Made by a program: the position numbers and the translations under genes. From Octopus bimaculoides (taxonomy: Eukaryota), in NCBI RefSeq assembly GCF_001194135.2, contig NC_069002.1:25284742-25348741 (forward strand): a DNA stretch of 64,000 nucleotides, written 5' to 3'. The notes under the pieces are model-generated. The model did not search any database. It was not told where the DNA came from and saw nothing but the letters and a program-made list of their open reading frames with translations. Shown here piece by piece: positions 25,036 through 38,565 of the stretch (positions within the stretch are counted from its first letter, which is position 1; each line of letters starts with the position of its first letter).

Positions 25036-26675
25036 CTGTAAACACAAACAACAAAATATCAGAAACAAACCACAAAAAAAAATAAAAATCATTAACACAT
25101 CAGAAATTACAGTAATTAATCATCAATGGAAAGTGCAAAATCTCATTAGTACATTTGTAAAAACCTGATTTCACTCAGTATAAAGTTGAGTTACACTGTT
25201 CAACATGTATTTTATATGATATCCGAGCTCTGCAAATTTCTAGAAATTATTTCTCACCACCACCACACCACCACCACCACTCTCTTGGTTTTTCTGAAAA
25301 TTTTCACTCTGGACGAAAAATGAATACTAGTTTCACATAGTATTTTAAATTCAAAAGATTTTTGAAAGACAGCAAAATGTACGGTGAACATAAAAACCAC
25401 ATGTGTATAATTATGAACCGGATATCTCTACCTGTGTGAGAAATATTTCCCAATGAACAGAGCAAAGTTATCCATAAATACACACATATACATTGTCTGT
25501 TGTCATCATTTAACGTATTTTCCATGCTGTCATGGGTTGGACAGTCAGTTCAACAGAAGCCCCACAAGCCAGAGAGGTTTGCATCAAACTCCAATGCCTG
25601 CTTTGGCAGGGTTTTCTACAGTTGGGTGCCCTTCATAACACCAACCACATCAGACTGAATTGGCTGCTTTTTCCATGGTATCAGTACTAGCGAGGTCACC
25701 AACTAACTCACAAAACACCCCCACCCTTCAACCGCATGGTGGCAGAGTTGTACTGAGGGAGGCGGTTTTATGCCACGTGATGAGAGGTAAAAAGTGAAAG
25801 AGAGAGAGAGAGAGAGAGAGACAAGAACAGGGGTCTTGCAAGGAAATATATGGCTACTGATTTTACAACTGGACACTTTTCCTTTCATTAAACCCCATTT
25901 TTCAAGAGGTTTTTGAAGGAGTTTTCACATCACCTGTCTTTGAAAACAGATATATTGGACAGGAAAATATCAATAGGAAAAGCACAGAATGTAAATCTTC
26001 ACACAGATACATGTACACACATGCACATACATGTATACACACAACTACCTTTGTAGTTTCCATCTACTATAGTTCACTTATAAGGCACTGATTGGTCCAG
26101 AGTGACAGGTGCCATGCAGTGGGACTGAACCCAAAACCACATGATTTAGACTCAAACTTCTTAGCCACAGTGGCACTGTGTGTGTGTAAAAGATGAAGTA
26201 CAAGTAAGAGCAATTGCAATTTGTATGTCATCGAAGCCAACTGTGCCCTCCACTGAAGTAACATCAGTGTCTGGGAGGAGAAGCTTTAGTCTTGTCATAA
26301 GAGACCCTGGTAAGGAATTACATCTAAGGGGGGGAATCACAAAAGACGGCCATACTCAATAGCGAGTTGACAGACACCATGTGTCTGTGTGTGTTAATTT
26401 AATAATGGAATGAAATAAAGACGATTTCAACAGAAACATTTTAACAAAACAGTTCAAACTGAAACATATCAATGGAACAATACATGATATTGTTTGGGAG
26501 TATTTAAAACTGTTTCTCATTCATTCCAGATAAACTTACTCAAATTTATTCCTTTCAAAGAGCTTTTAAAAAATAAATATTGCAGACCCCAGTCATTTGG
26601 AAAACATACAACACGTTTCCTGGTAAAATAATATTAAACATGCTATAAATCTTGTTAGGTTTCCTAAAACCAACA

Positions 26676-26733
<58 letters not shown>

Positions 26734-27309
26734 TTATTAGGGATAGAAAATCCAAATTTACGGGTAAAAACTCAAATTCAATTTATTAAAAATTAAAATT
26801 AAATTAAGTTTCACAGTATAAAATATAAATATATAGTTTTAGGGAAAAGAACCAAGGTTCATGAACTCATCGATATGTGATAGTGGATTTTCATTGATGA
26901 GTTCATGAACTTTGGATCTTTTGCCTGAAACATATATATACACACACACACACGAGGGTGAGTCAAAAAGTAATGCCATTTTGTTTAGGACAGGTATAAT
27001 TACCAACACAGAAACATGTATCATACATCAAAATGAAGCTGGTCCTCTGTGGATCACATCCCTACTTCTCAACATAGTCACCGTTTCTCTCAATAGCGAT
27101 GTTCCACCTTCAAATGAGAGCATGTATCCCTGTCCTGTAAAATTCTGTTGACTGTTCTTTGAGCCACTTCTTCACTACAGTTTTCACTTCCTCATCACTG
27201 GAATAATGTTTGCCTCTCAAACCCTCTTTCGTGGGACCGAAGAAATGATAGTCCACCCTGAGTAATTGCTAATGGTACATGCCTGAGATATATATATATA
27301 CACACACAT

Positions 27310-27344
<35 letters not shown>

Positions 27345-27349
27345 CTTAC

Positions 27350-27467
27350 TCTGTTGTTCTTTGCCAGTGCCTTTATCTCGTGCCGATACATTCACAATTC
27401 CGTTCGCATCAATATCAAAAGTAACTTCAATTTGTGGAACACCACGAGGTGCTGGGGGTATACCGAT
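27350..27467 (-). CDS. HSPA9: Mortalin exon 13 ([39 protein letters not shown])
   Basis: AAG acceptor, GTAAGT donor; Hsp70 substrate-binding-domain motif. Confidence 0.97.
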
Positions 27468-28589
27468 CTTGAAAGGAGAAGACAACAAAGCATTAGTGTT
27501 ATATAACAACCAACTGACCAACCACAGACTACAGCCAAACAGCATTAATAGCAGCAGGAACAACAATCCCACAATGCTCTCAACGGAATTGGCGAAACAT
27601 CTTTGAAAAACAAGTGAACTGCATTGGCCTAACCCTTTAGTATTCAAACCAGTCGTATCTGGCCAAAACATTTTAATGGGTTTATGTTCAAACTGGTCAG
27701 ATCCAGCCTCTCACACTTCCTTTGTAATATTGTTCTAAAAATAAACAATTATGTCATTGAAATCTCAAAGTTACAAGATAATGCATGACTAATTCAAACG
27801 AATTTGAATAAATAAGTATTACATTTAACAGAGTAATCTGAATGCTAAAGGGTTCAGAAAAACCAAACTACGGATAATGAATCTCTCATCCACAGCATAT
27901 AGACAATAGTGTATATACAACAAATGACAACACCATATACAAAAGGAACAGGATCACCTGATGAACAAGAGTGTGTATTGTTTACACAGAGGCCTGGGTT
28001 GGTGCGTTGCAGATGACCAGTCACCGAAAGCAGATCGCGGTCTTGGCAAAATCATCAGAGCGCAAAATGTTTTCGGCAACCAGCCTCCACTAACGTCGTG
28101 TTGATGGTACAACAGTAAATTACAGACACTACAACATCAACCACAACTACTGCCCCCATAACGATGGCTTAAAACGGTGGAATGATAATGAAAAACAGCC
28201 AGCAGCAGAAAGAACAACAAAAAAAAAAAACATGAAATACAAACAAATGAAAATGTATCCATCAAATCATACAAGTGGTCAGAGGATACACAAGAGAAGC
28301 AAAATATGGATAAACGATGTGAAGTTTATCTAAGATACTAGGGAGCATATGTAAGTCTATATATGTGGATACACTTTACATTTACAATGTATTGAAATGC
28401 TTATATTCAGCCGGGTAAGTTTCACATTATATATTATTTAACGTGGGGATTTATAAATCCAAACGGGATCCTCAATGAGCACTCCTGCTAATACTGGCCA
28501 ACAGATTCTAAGTAGAGTTTACAACTCTATACAAAGTGAAATTCTAGGGATAAATTAATTACAGAGTAGAATATAATAACCTGAATTAG

Positions 28590-29013
28590 CCCTTTAGCAT
28601 TCAGATTATTTTATCAAATATAATGCTTATTTAATCACATTGTTTTGAATTAATCGTGTTATCTTGTAGTCTTGAGATTTTGATTATGTGACTGTATACT
28701 TTTTAGGCTAACATTGTATGGCAGATGTGAGAGGCAAGATTTAGATTGAACATAAAACAGAATATTTGGACTGGGTATGGGTGGTTTAACCGTTTGGCAT
28801 TTAAGCTGGCCGTATCAGGCCCATATATTCCACATGTTTTATGTTCAAACTGGCCAGATTCAGTCTCTCACACATATTCTACAATATCATTCTTGAAATA
28901 TACAGTCAACATCATTGAAATATTGAAGCTACGAGATAATTCAAACCAATTTCAATAAATAAGCATTATGTTTGACCAAATAATCAGAATGCTAAAGGGT
29001 TAAATGCTAGACA
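28590..29013. mobile_element. Two piggyBac-type MITEs nested in opposite orientation; inner copy 28790-28999 with TTAA duplications at 28786-28789 and 29000-29003; other family copies at 22560-22771, 27633-27852, 36482-36701, 38097-38300, 41040-41260
   Basis: TIR CCCTTTAGCATT; the remainder of the outer copy (TTAAATGCTAGACAG) resumes after the inner copy. Confidence 0.8.
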
Positions 29014-29356
29014 GTTAATAAATTTTAAAATATATAAGTGAAGGCACGTTTCAAATTGATAGCCATTTTTGGTAGATGAAATTTTTGCACAAGAGTAAAA
29101 TTTATCAACGAGACATCCATAAGCTAAGTAACTTTTCCTAATAATTTCTTTAACTTTGGATAAAGCCATGTAGTGCTGCTGGCATGGAATAAAGTTATAA
29201 ACAGGCTTACATGAATGAGGCAGCACTGCACAAGAGACAATGTAACACAAACAAGTAAACATAAAAGAATGTAACACAAACAGGTAAACATAAACAAATG
29301 TTAACAGACAGGTGTAACACAGACAGGTGTAACACAGACGTGTAACCGAGACTCAC

Positions 29357-29461
29357 CAACTGAAATTGTCCAAGAATTTTGTTGTCTCTCGCCATTTCAC
29401 GTTCACCTTGGTGGACTTTAATTTCAACTTGAGTTTGACCATCAGCAGCAGTAGAAAATAC
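29357..29461 (-). CDS. HSPA9: Mortalin exon 12 ([35 protein letters not shown])
   Basis: CAG/GTGAGT; 35 codons. Confidence 0.97.
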
Positions 29462-30645
29462 CTGACAGGTAAAAATAATCCATTTGAAAATGATGTAAGA
29501 AAACTGGAAATTTCTGCATGGGGAAAAGATTGAATTGATTTAATAAAACCCACCAAAAAATAGCAATACTAGTTTTATGACCCTGGAGGGAACAAAAAGG
29601 GGAAGTTAATACAATACCATATTTCTGAGGGGAATTTATATTAGTTGGACTGGTGCCCTCATCCTCACTGTCGCTTTCACTACATTCTGGCTGTTCTATG
29701 CTCCAGCCTTCTTCAGGTTTCTTATGTTGAACTCGATTGCTGTATTGGAATTTTGATACAGCAACCAAGTTCTACACAAGAAACCTGAAGATGGCTGGAG
29801 CATACAACAGCTGAAATGTAGTGAAAGCAACAATGAAGCTGAGCAGAAGTGAAAGTGAGCTTAGATGGAGTGCATCATCAACCCAACAGCAGAGAGAGAG
29901 ATGAAACTATTACAAACTGTTATTTCTGGCTGACTCTACCAATTACACGGGTCAAGAAGGGCTTGTAAAGGACGTGGGAAAATGCCCTTCATCCAACATC
30001 ATTAAACGTCCATTTTCTATACTGGCATGGCTTGGCTGGTTTGACATGAACCAGGAAGTCAGAAGACTGCACCAAACTCTGCTGTCTGACCTGGCAAGGC
30101 TTCTGTGGCTGGATGCCGTTCTTGATGCCAATCCAAGAAACATGCACACATTCAAGAGATAATACAAGCTAAAGTGAACTGCCTTATAATGTGCAGAGAG
30201 ATGACTAAACATTCATGATTTAGTATGGTAAATATGACAAAATAGAGAAGACCTCAGAAGGCTTTGGAATTCTACCTCTTCTCTAAACAAGTCAATGAAA
30301 CAAAGCACAGAATGGAATATATATGAAGTGATTGTAGAAAGTACTTCTTTGAATAACAATCAGTTTATCTCCCATCTTACTTGTGTAATTTCGTTAATTG
30401 CAGTCAAAAACAGACATCTGAAGGAGAAAAGTTCTGTATAGTGTCCCTTCAAGGTAACTGCTAAATAAATAAAAATATAACCAACAAAGAATGTGCCAAT
30501 AAGGGAGCTTCTACTCAGTTGCCTGATCTGCTTGGAATAGAAACCAAAATTTCTGCCTTAAAAAATTAGGGAAGGACACATTAGATAACAAAGGCCAAGA
30601 TACTCCTAAAAAGCTGGATGGTCACAGCTGGACTGTCCCTGATCA

Positions 30646-30879
<234 letters not shown>

Positions 30880-32098
30880 TCAAGAATTCCACTCTAAGAT
30901 TAAATCAAGTTCAAACTAGAAACTCAAATAGGTGAAAAGCGAATACTGAGAGAAGGAATCTTTGATGCTTTTGAGATTGGAGTTCTAAATTCTTCTTAAT
31001 TTTTTTTTTTTTTGTTGATTTTTTGAAATTGTAAAGGTAGTTTATGGATACCTTGTACATCTACCAATGAGTATATTGGTTATGGGCTACCATTGGTCAG
31101 ATTTTGTACCTAACCAATGCCTCTACTCAGAAACTAGGATGCATCTGGTTACTCACATGATTCAGAAGCACCAACTCAGACTGGCCATGAAAACCAAAAA
31201 GGAAATCAATTATATACCACCATTGCTGTTTAACTGTCTACTTTTCCAGGCTGATATTAATCAATCATATGGAATCCAGAGAGCCAGAGTTCTATGGATG
31301 GATGATCTTCATCCATTTTCAGGCAATGTAATGCTTTGCTTTCGTCTGGTCAAGTTTTCACAGAACATGTATGATGGCAAAGTTTTGTTTACAATTATCA
31401 TGCTATGTCCAGACACGAAAACAGACAGACACATAAAGCGAATGATAGGCTTTTTGCAGTTTCCATCAACTAAATTTATTCACAAGGTTTTGAGCAGTCT
31501 AGGACTATAGAAGACACTTATCCAAAGTGTTTGAAACCATGTAAAATGCCCATGCTGCACCATGTCAAAAGCTCCCATGCTGGTGCCACATAAAATACAC
31601 CCTGTACACTCCATAAACTGGTTGGTGTTAGGAAGGGCATTCAGCCCTAGAAACCTTGCCAAAACAGATAATTGGAGCCTGGCGCAGCTCATGGCCTAGC
31701 CTGCTCCTCTCAAACCATTCAACCAGCATGAAAAATGGATGGTAATGATGTTTTCTTGTTTTAACATCATGTACTAATTGTACACAAACTTCACTGTCAT
31801 ATATGCAATGATGTCTGCAGTATCCCATGGAAACATGAAGGGGAAAAAGATTACCTTCCTTAGAAACAGGAAGAGCAACTGGCCAGTGAAATTCTGCCTC
31901 AGTATACTTATCTGGAGCATGGAAAAGTAGACATTAAAACAATGAAGATGTATTAAGTTTATGTTCACCAACTGAAATTTCCTGACATCATGTTTCAATG
32001 AGATTCTAATTTAGATATGAATATTTAGTACAGATGGTTGTAGGTAGTTTGGAATTAAAAGGGTTAAGAAACTGAAGGCGGATTGGGCTGATGCTCAC

Positions 32099-32188
32099 CT
32101 GAATGGCAGCTCCAATAGCAACAGCTTCATCAGGGTTCACAGATTTACTAGGACTTTTACCAAACAGATCTTTGACAACTTCTTGAAC
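32099..32188 (-). CDS. HSPA9: Mortalin exon 10 ([30 protein letters not shown])
   Basis: TAG/GTGAGC; 30 codons. Confidence 0.97.
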
Positions 32189-34147
32189 CTATGAAAAGAA
32201 AAAAAGTGGATAATTATATTATTAAAGCTCAGAGATTATTATTATTAAGCACCCACTACACTCTCTGAGTGGTTGGCGTTAGGAAGGGCATCCAGCTGTA
32301 GAAACTCTGCCAAATCAGATTGGAGCCTGGTGTAGCCATCCGGTTGCACCAGTCCTCAGTCAAATCGTCCAACCCATGCTAGCATGGAAAGCGGACGTTA
32401 AACGATGATGATGATGATCAATGAAGGGAACTGGCAGAATTATTAGCATCGTGCACCTTTTTGGAATAGCCTGAGCAGTTGTGGATTTGACATCACAAAA
32501 GCAACATTGCTTTCTTCAACGTCACATTTTTTTCTTTTTCTACTCTAGGCACAAGCTGCAAGATTTTTAGGAAGGGGGCCAGTCAATTAGATCAACTCCA
32601 GTACTCAACTGGTACTTAATTTATCAACCCCAAAAAGATAAAAGGCAAAGTCAACCTCGGCAGAATTTGAACTCAGAACGTAAAGACAGACAAAATACCA
32701 CTAAGCATTTCATCCGGCGTGCTAATGTTTCTGGCTGCTTGCCACCTGTCACATTTTCTGAGCCCCCCCCACAAACTTAAACCCAACTCATTTGATCAAC
32801 ATCAGTTTCCACTCTGCATCATATAGACTTCAGTGTATATAGGGAGTCGTGTAATTTTTTCCTCTCTCGCATACACATATATTTGGTTCCCATTCATATG
32901 TAAGATTAATCCTCGTTACGACTTGCTAGCACTCATTACACTACTAATTAATTTCAATGTTTTTGTTTTATAAACTTGCCTTCTAAATATTCTTTATTCA
33001 CGCCTCTTTACGAAATCACTGAAAATGGATTCTTTCTATGGATTGTCTCTAAAAAAACTGCTAACTACACATGTTATGTTACAACTTGAACTTCATGTTA
33101 CATATGGGAGACATTCCTTCCAACTTACATTAGTGACTCACATGTAACATTGGAAATTCCACAGAATAAGTCAGCACATTTGAAACATTATATTAATATA
33201 TTGAACACAAGCTAGGAGTTTCAAAAGATTCTTTTGATATCCTGCCATTTAATAAGGTTTTGCTTATCGACCTCCTTTTAATACATTTGACAGATTTGAT
33301 GTGTTTTTAAAAAGATAAAACTTATTCATATATATTGATTAAATGTTTATTGTAGGAAAGATTGTTTGCCAACATAACATGGCAGTCCTGGTTTAGGACG
33401 AATGTTACTGTAATTTAGTCCCAGGAGACATTGTCTCCAGCTGGCTATACAACACGATCTGTGTCCTTATATTATCGAACAAAAGAATCTAGCCAGATGC
33501 AATTATTGTGGAGGCTGACACATCCTACATGTGATACATGTTCAGTTTTTGAAAAATAATCCTTTCCAGCTGTCATCTACCTTAGCACTTCTTCCAGCTC
33601 TTTATATTCAAATCACTGAGGTCAGATTTGCATTTCATCCTTTTTGGGGGTCAATAAAATAAGTACTCAACTACTGACCCCCTCCCCCACTTCCTGCCAA
33701 AAAAAATTACCAGCCTACTGCCAAAATTTGAAACAAACTATTTTATTCTCATTAAAAAAGAGGGGGGGGTTGTATTTTTGGGGGTTGAGAACTACTAACA
33801 ATAAGTCCCAGTACACCTTCAGTGAAAGGAGAGGATTGATTTAGGCCAGAGGGACAGCAACTAGTGAGCTATGGAGGCCCTTTTATAGGGTTGAGTCAGT
33901 GACCAGTAGGCTCTCCTTCCCATTTGATTTCAATCTAGAAAACATTCATCTTGAATTTCTGCAAACCAGTGACTTTAGGGGAAAAATAAAGAAAAAAGAC
34001 AAAGCTGCAAGTTTCTTTATCATTCTGGTAGTCTTGAGATGACCTAAAGCATTGTCCACCAGTGTGTCGGTAGTTCATTGCAGTTGTCAGAGAATTAAAC
34101 TGAAGGTGGCTAAAGAGAAGCAAACAAAAGTGCAGAAGACGACTTAC

Positions 34148-34357
34148 TTTTGGCATACGGGTCATTCCGCCAACTAGAATAACATCACCAATGTCAGATT
34201 TCTTTATTTCTGCATCTTGAAGAGCTTTCTGACATGGAGCCATGGTTCTTTTCACCAAGTTTTCCACAAGGGATTCAAATTTGGCTCTTGATAATTTCAA
34301 ATTCATGTGTTTTGGACCAGAAGAATCCATGGTAAGATATGGAAGGTTAATTTCAGT
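34148..34357 (-). CDS. HSPA9: Mortalin exon 9 ([17 protein letters not shown]...[12 protein letters not shown])
   Basis: CAG/GTAAGT; Hsp70 signature. Confidence 0.98.
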
Positions 34358-34946
34358 CTGAAATAAATCAAAAATCATAATAAATTACAATTTACAGGAA
34401 AACCTTTTGAATAATCTTGCATTTTCATTACTTTCGGGGTATCCCCCTGACAAGAAACAATATTTATGAAGTTCAATTCACAAGCACGTGATTTCAGGTT
34501 CAGTTCCACTGCACAGCACCTTGGGCAAGTGTCTTTTTACTATTACACCTGGGCCATCTAGTGTCTTGTGAATGAATTTGGTAGATAGAAACAGTGTAAA
34601 GCCTGCCATATATCTGTTGTGTTCTTGAGAAAGATGATTCATTTCATGTCAGCTGGCAAAAATGAGTTGTACTTGTAATTCAAAGGGGCCAGCCTTGTCA
34701 CACTGTGTCATGCTAAATCTCCCTGAGAACTACATTTAAGGGTACACGTGTCTGTGGAGTGCTCAGCCACTTGCATGTTAATTACACAAGCAGGCTGTTC
34801 TGTTGATTGGATCAACTGAAACCCTCATCCTTTTAACTGACAGAGTGCCATATCAATGACGTTTTAGTTCAAACATAAATACATAATACATACAGAGAAA
34901 TATCTTAAAATGATGGTTTAGTCGTGACATAAAATGCAGCTCATAC

Positions 34947-35039
34947 CTGCAGGGAGGAACTCAGTTCAATCTTGGCCTTTTCTGATGCTTCCCGAAGTCT
35001 TTGCAATGCCATGATGTCTTTGGACACATCTACTCCTTG
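34947..35039 (-). CDS. HSPA9: Mortalin exon 8 ([31 protein letters not shown])
   Basis: CAG/GTATGA; 31 codons. Confidence 0.97.
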
Positions 35040-37876
35040 CTGAAATAGTGACAGAAAATTAAGTTACATTAAAATATTTTATTTGAAGTATTTACATCAT
35101 TAATTTAGTTTAGCTCTTGTTGTTCAAACATTAGCAATCCTTAATTGCTAATGTATATATCAATATGCTACGGCCACTGTCATATGATCAGATGATGGGA
35201 GAGGTCGAGAGAGAAGAGTGTTAGCGGTAAGAGATAGGAGAAAGGGACTTCTACTGTAATGTGATTAAATAGTTAAATGTGATTAAGTAAGAGAGAGAGA
35301 TGGAGAAACAGACCTAGAATGTGTTTAGTTCAGGGGTACGCGGTACAGTTGAAAGGAGAGGAAAAGAGAGAGGGACGAGTGTGTATTTACTGAATGGAAT
35401 GTGGGGCAGGAAAACATTAGAATAGTCAATTGATATTTATTTCTCAATGTGAGGTGAAACACAATAGATAACACAACAAAGTAGAAAATGTAAGAATAAA
35501 GTTTCCAGGGATGTTGTTTCTTGAGATTGCATCTTCAATACTAACTGGGTGGACATTTTACATCATCTCAAGAATCACAGGTTTCAGGAAAATACAGAAT
35601 TTCTAAAACCACTGTAGCCATTATACTACATAGCGTTGTAGACTGCTTCAGCATAAATAATGTCTGTTAGAGAGACTAATGCACCTATACTGCATTACAC
35701 AATACTAAAGACAGTACCAACAACTGTAGCACGTACATGTCATCACATGATGTTAGTAAGCAGACCAACAACTGCAGCCACTAAACTAGATTATGTTGCA
35801 GACAATATTTTGGAGCCATTACATTAAAGAATTTAGTAAGCAGTCAACACCAGTGAGTGTAAACAACAAGATTTTTGTTTTGAAGTAAACTTTTTAATAG
35901 TTGTAAGAGATGGACAATACAAAGTCACCAAACCACGACACCAATCACTGCCTCAAATACATTCTTTTCCACTCTAGGCACATATCTCGAAATTTTGGGG
36001 GAGGAGGCCAGTCGATTAGATCGACCCTAGTACGCAAACTGGACTTAATTTATCGACCCCGAAAGGATGAAAGGCAAAGTCGACCTCGGCAGAATTTGAA
36101 CTCAGAACGTAATGACAGACAAAATACCGCTCACCATTTTACCTGGCGTGCTAACGTTTCCGCCAGCTGGCCACCTTATCACTACCTCAAATATATTACA
36201 GGTAGTTGTAGTGGTGGTGGTGGTGGTGGTGGTGGTAGACAATGAGATTAGTGGTGGCCATCTTACAATTTTCTTGATCAAGATTGTAAGAAGCTTCTGT
36301 TTGTCTCTCAATAATTGGATACAAGAGTTGCAGTCAGTATGAAGCAGAACAGACTGTCGACATGAACTATGCTCTTTAACTTTTAAACAGTGAGAAAGGG
36401 TTGCATAATTGTGTCCCAAACAGGAGAAACAAGAATATTTCTTTGTCTTAAGGGTAATTTTTATACTTATTTTCACTTCCACCCTTTAGCATTTAAACTG
36501 GCCGTGTCTGGCCCAAATATTCTACCCATTCTATGTTCAAAGTGGCTATAATTAGCCTCGCACACCTACCCTACATTGGTATTCTAAAAATATGCAATCA
36601 CATCATTGAAACCTCAAAGCTATGAGATAATGCATGATTAACACAAAATGGTATGAACAAATAAGTATAACATTTGACAGAGTAATCTGAACACTAAAGG
36701 GTTAAATGAGTACAAAAACTATGAAAATTGATATCTTGACTATCTTAGATAATAAAAATAAAGACAAAAGGGCAAGAAAATCACTTAAGCAAAAATTCAT
36801 TTGAGATTCCTGCAATGTGGTCATTTAATTGTACAAATGAAGAAAAATCAGAGCAATTTTTCTCCTTTCAGAGCTGAAACACCACTTCCTTGTGTGCTAT
36901 CAAGAGAATCATCCTCAACCTCATTTTATGATGAAGGAAATTCAGAAGAAAAAAACTTCTTTATTGCTGTATAAATCTTTCCTTTGCAACTTGATTCCTC
37001 CCATCGATAAGGGTCATTTGTGCTTCGGCACATTTGATGGACAAGACACTCAGGCATCAGCTGATGATGACCATATCTATGTAAAATTTTTGAAACATTA
37101 ATTGACGACGTCCACTGTTTAAGGGTTAAAAGACATTAAAATTTCTTACAGACATGCTGGTGGTGGTTTACAGAGTAGCTCTCATCTGCTCTGCTTACAC
37201 AGATAAAACATTAAACAAGGATATCTAATCATGACAGTTGAAGCTTTCTTGCCAGATACACTACACTAAAATGTAGGAGATATCATACGAGGATCCCTAC
37301 ATTTATAGCTATCAAAGGGGTTTGTTAAAAATTTAGTTTCTAATTGTAATGACAGTAGCAATACTAATGGTGAAGGTTGTGAAAAGCATTGAATTAGTGT
37401 CAACCCGTTGGAACCCTATTTGAGGGCAAATATCCTAACAGCTGTATTCAAAAAGGTAAGCAATATCATCATCATCGTTTAACGTCCGCTTTCCATGCTA
37501 GCATGGGTTGGACGATTTGACTGAGGACTGGTGAAACCGGATGGCAACACCAGGCTCCAATCTAAATTTGGCAGAGTTTCTACAGCTGGATGCCCTTCCT
37601 AACACCAACCACTCAGAGAGTGTAGTAGGTGCTTTTACGTGTCACCTGCACGAAGGCCAGTCAGGCGATACTGGCAACGGCCACAAGCCAGTCCAGGGGC
37701 ACTGGCAACGATCTCGCTCGAAAATCCTACGAAGGCCAGTCAGGCAGTACTGGCAACGGCCATGCTCAAAATGGTGCATCTTATGTGCCACCCGCACAAG
37801 AGCCAGTCCAGGGGCACTGGCAACGATCTTACTTGGCTTGCTGGGTCTTCTCACCCACAGCACATATATTATTTAA

Positions 37877-38092
37877 CCCTTTTGTTACCATGTTTCTCTT
37901 GAAATACACTTTATTTCAATTAATTTTGAAAATTATGAAGAATTTACTAAAACATCTTTGTCATTACTAAGCTGGTAATTGGGACATAAATCAACATAGA
38001 AGCTTAGTGAGAAATTTTTATTTAGATCATCTTAAAATGGGAAGCTTGTATCAGAAGCAAGGCCAGTCTTGGGCAGGTTGGAATCAAAAGGG
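37877..38092. mobile_element. Second piggyBac-type MITE family with intact TTAA on both sides; related copy at 23846-24036
   Basis: TTAA-CCCTTTTGTTACCA...GGAATCAAAAGGG-TTAA. Confidence 0.75.
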
Positions 38093-38402
38093 TTAATCTT
38101 TAGCAAACTGACCATATCCAACCCAAATATTTTGTTTTATATTAAAACAGAATCAGATCTGGCTTCTCACACCAACCCTACCATGTCATTTTAAAACTAA
38201 CTAATCACATCTCGAAGCCACAAGACAGCACAAGATTAATTCACAACAGTGTGAATAAATAATTATTACATTTAACAGTAATCTAAATACTAAAAGGTTT
38301 CACAATAAAGAGCTCTTTGTACAAGACTAACATCATACAACATGGCTAATTGCAGCACCATTTCAGGTGCACAAGGCTAATAATATATATTTGCATACTT
38401 AC

Positions 38403-38565
38403 GTCTCTGAGGAATTCTTTAAATAAGAATGTCATGAGTGTATTATCAAAGTCCTCCCCTCCAAGGAACGTGTCACCGTTTGTGGATTTCACCTCAAACA
38501 CACCTTTCTGAATTTCTAGAATGGAGATGTCAAAAGTTCCACCGCCAAGATCATAAACAGCAATC
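38403..38565 (-). CDS. HSPA9: Mortalin exon 7 ([40 protein letters not shown]...FLRD)
   Basis: TAG/GTAAGT; Hsp70 signature. Confidence 0.98.

Noticed and set aside
25055-25116. TGATGA...CTGA...CTGA on the - strand (C/D snoRNA-like)
   Set aside because: Second half is the polypyrimidine tract of exon 14, with the D box only ~25 nt from the acceptor; no terminal stem
35645-35745. GTGATGA...CTGA on the - strand; similarly GGATGATT...CTGA at 43990-44070
   Set aside because: No terminal complementarity and no recognisable guide; expected by chance
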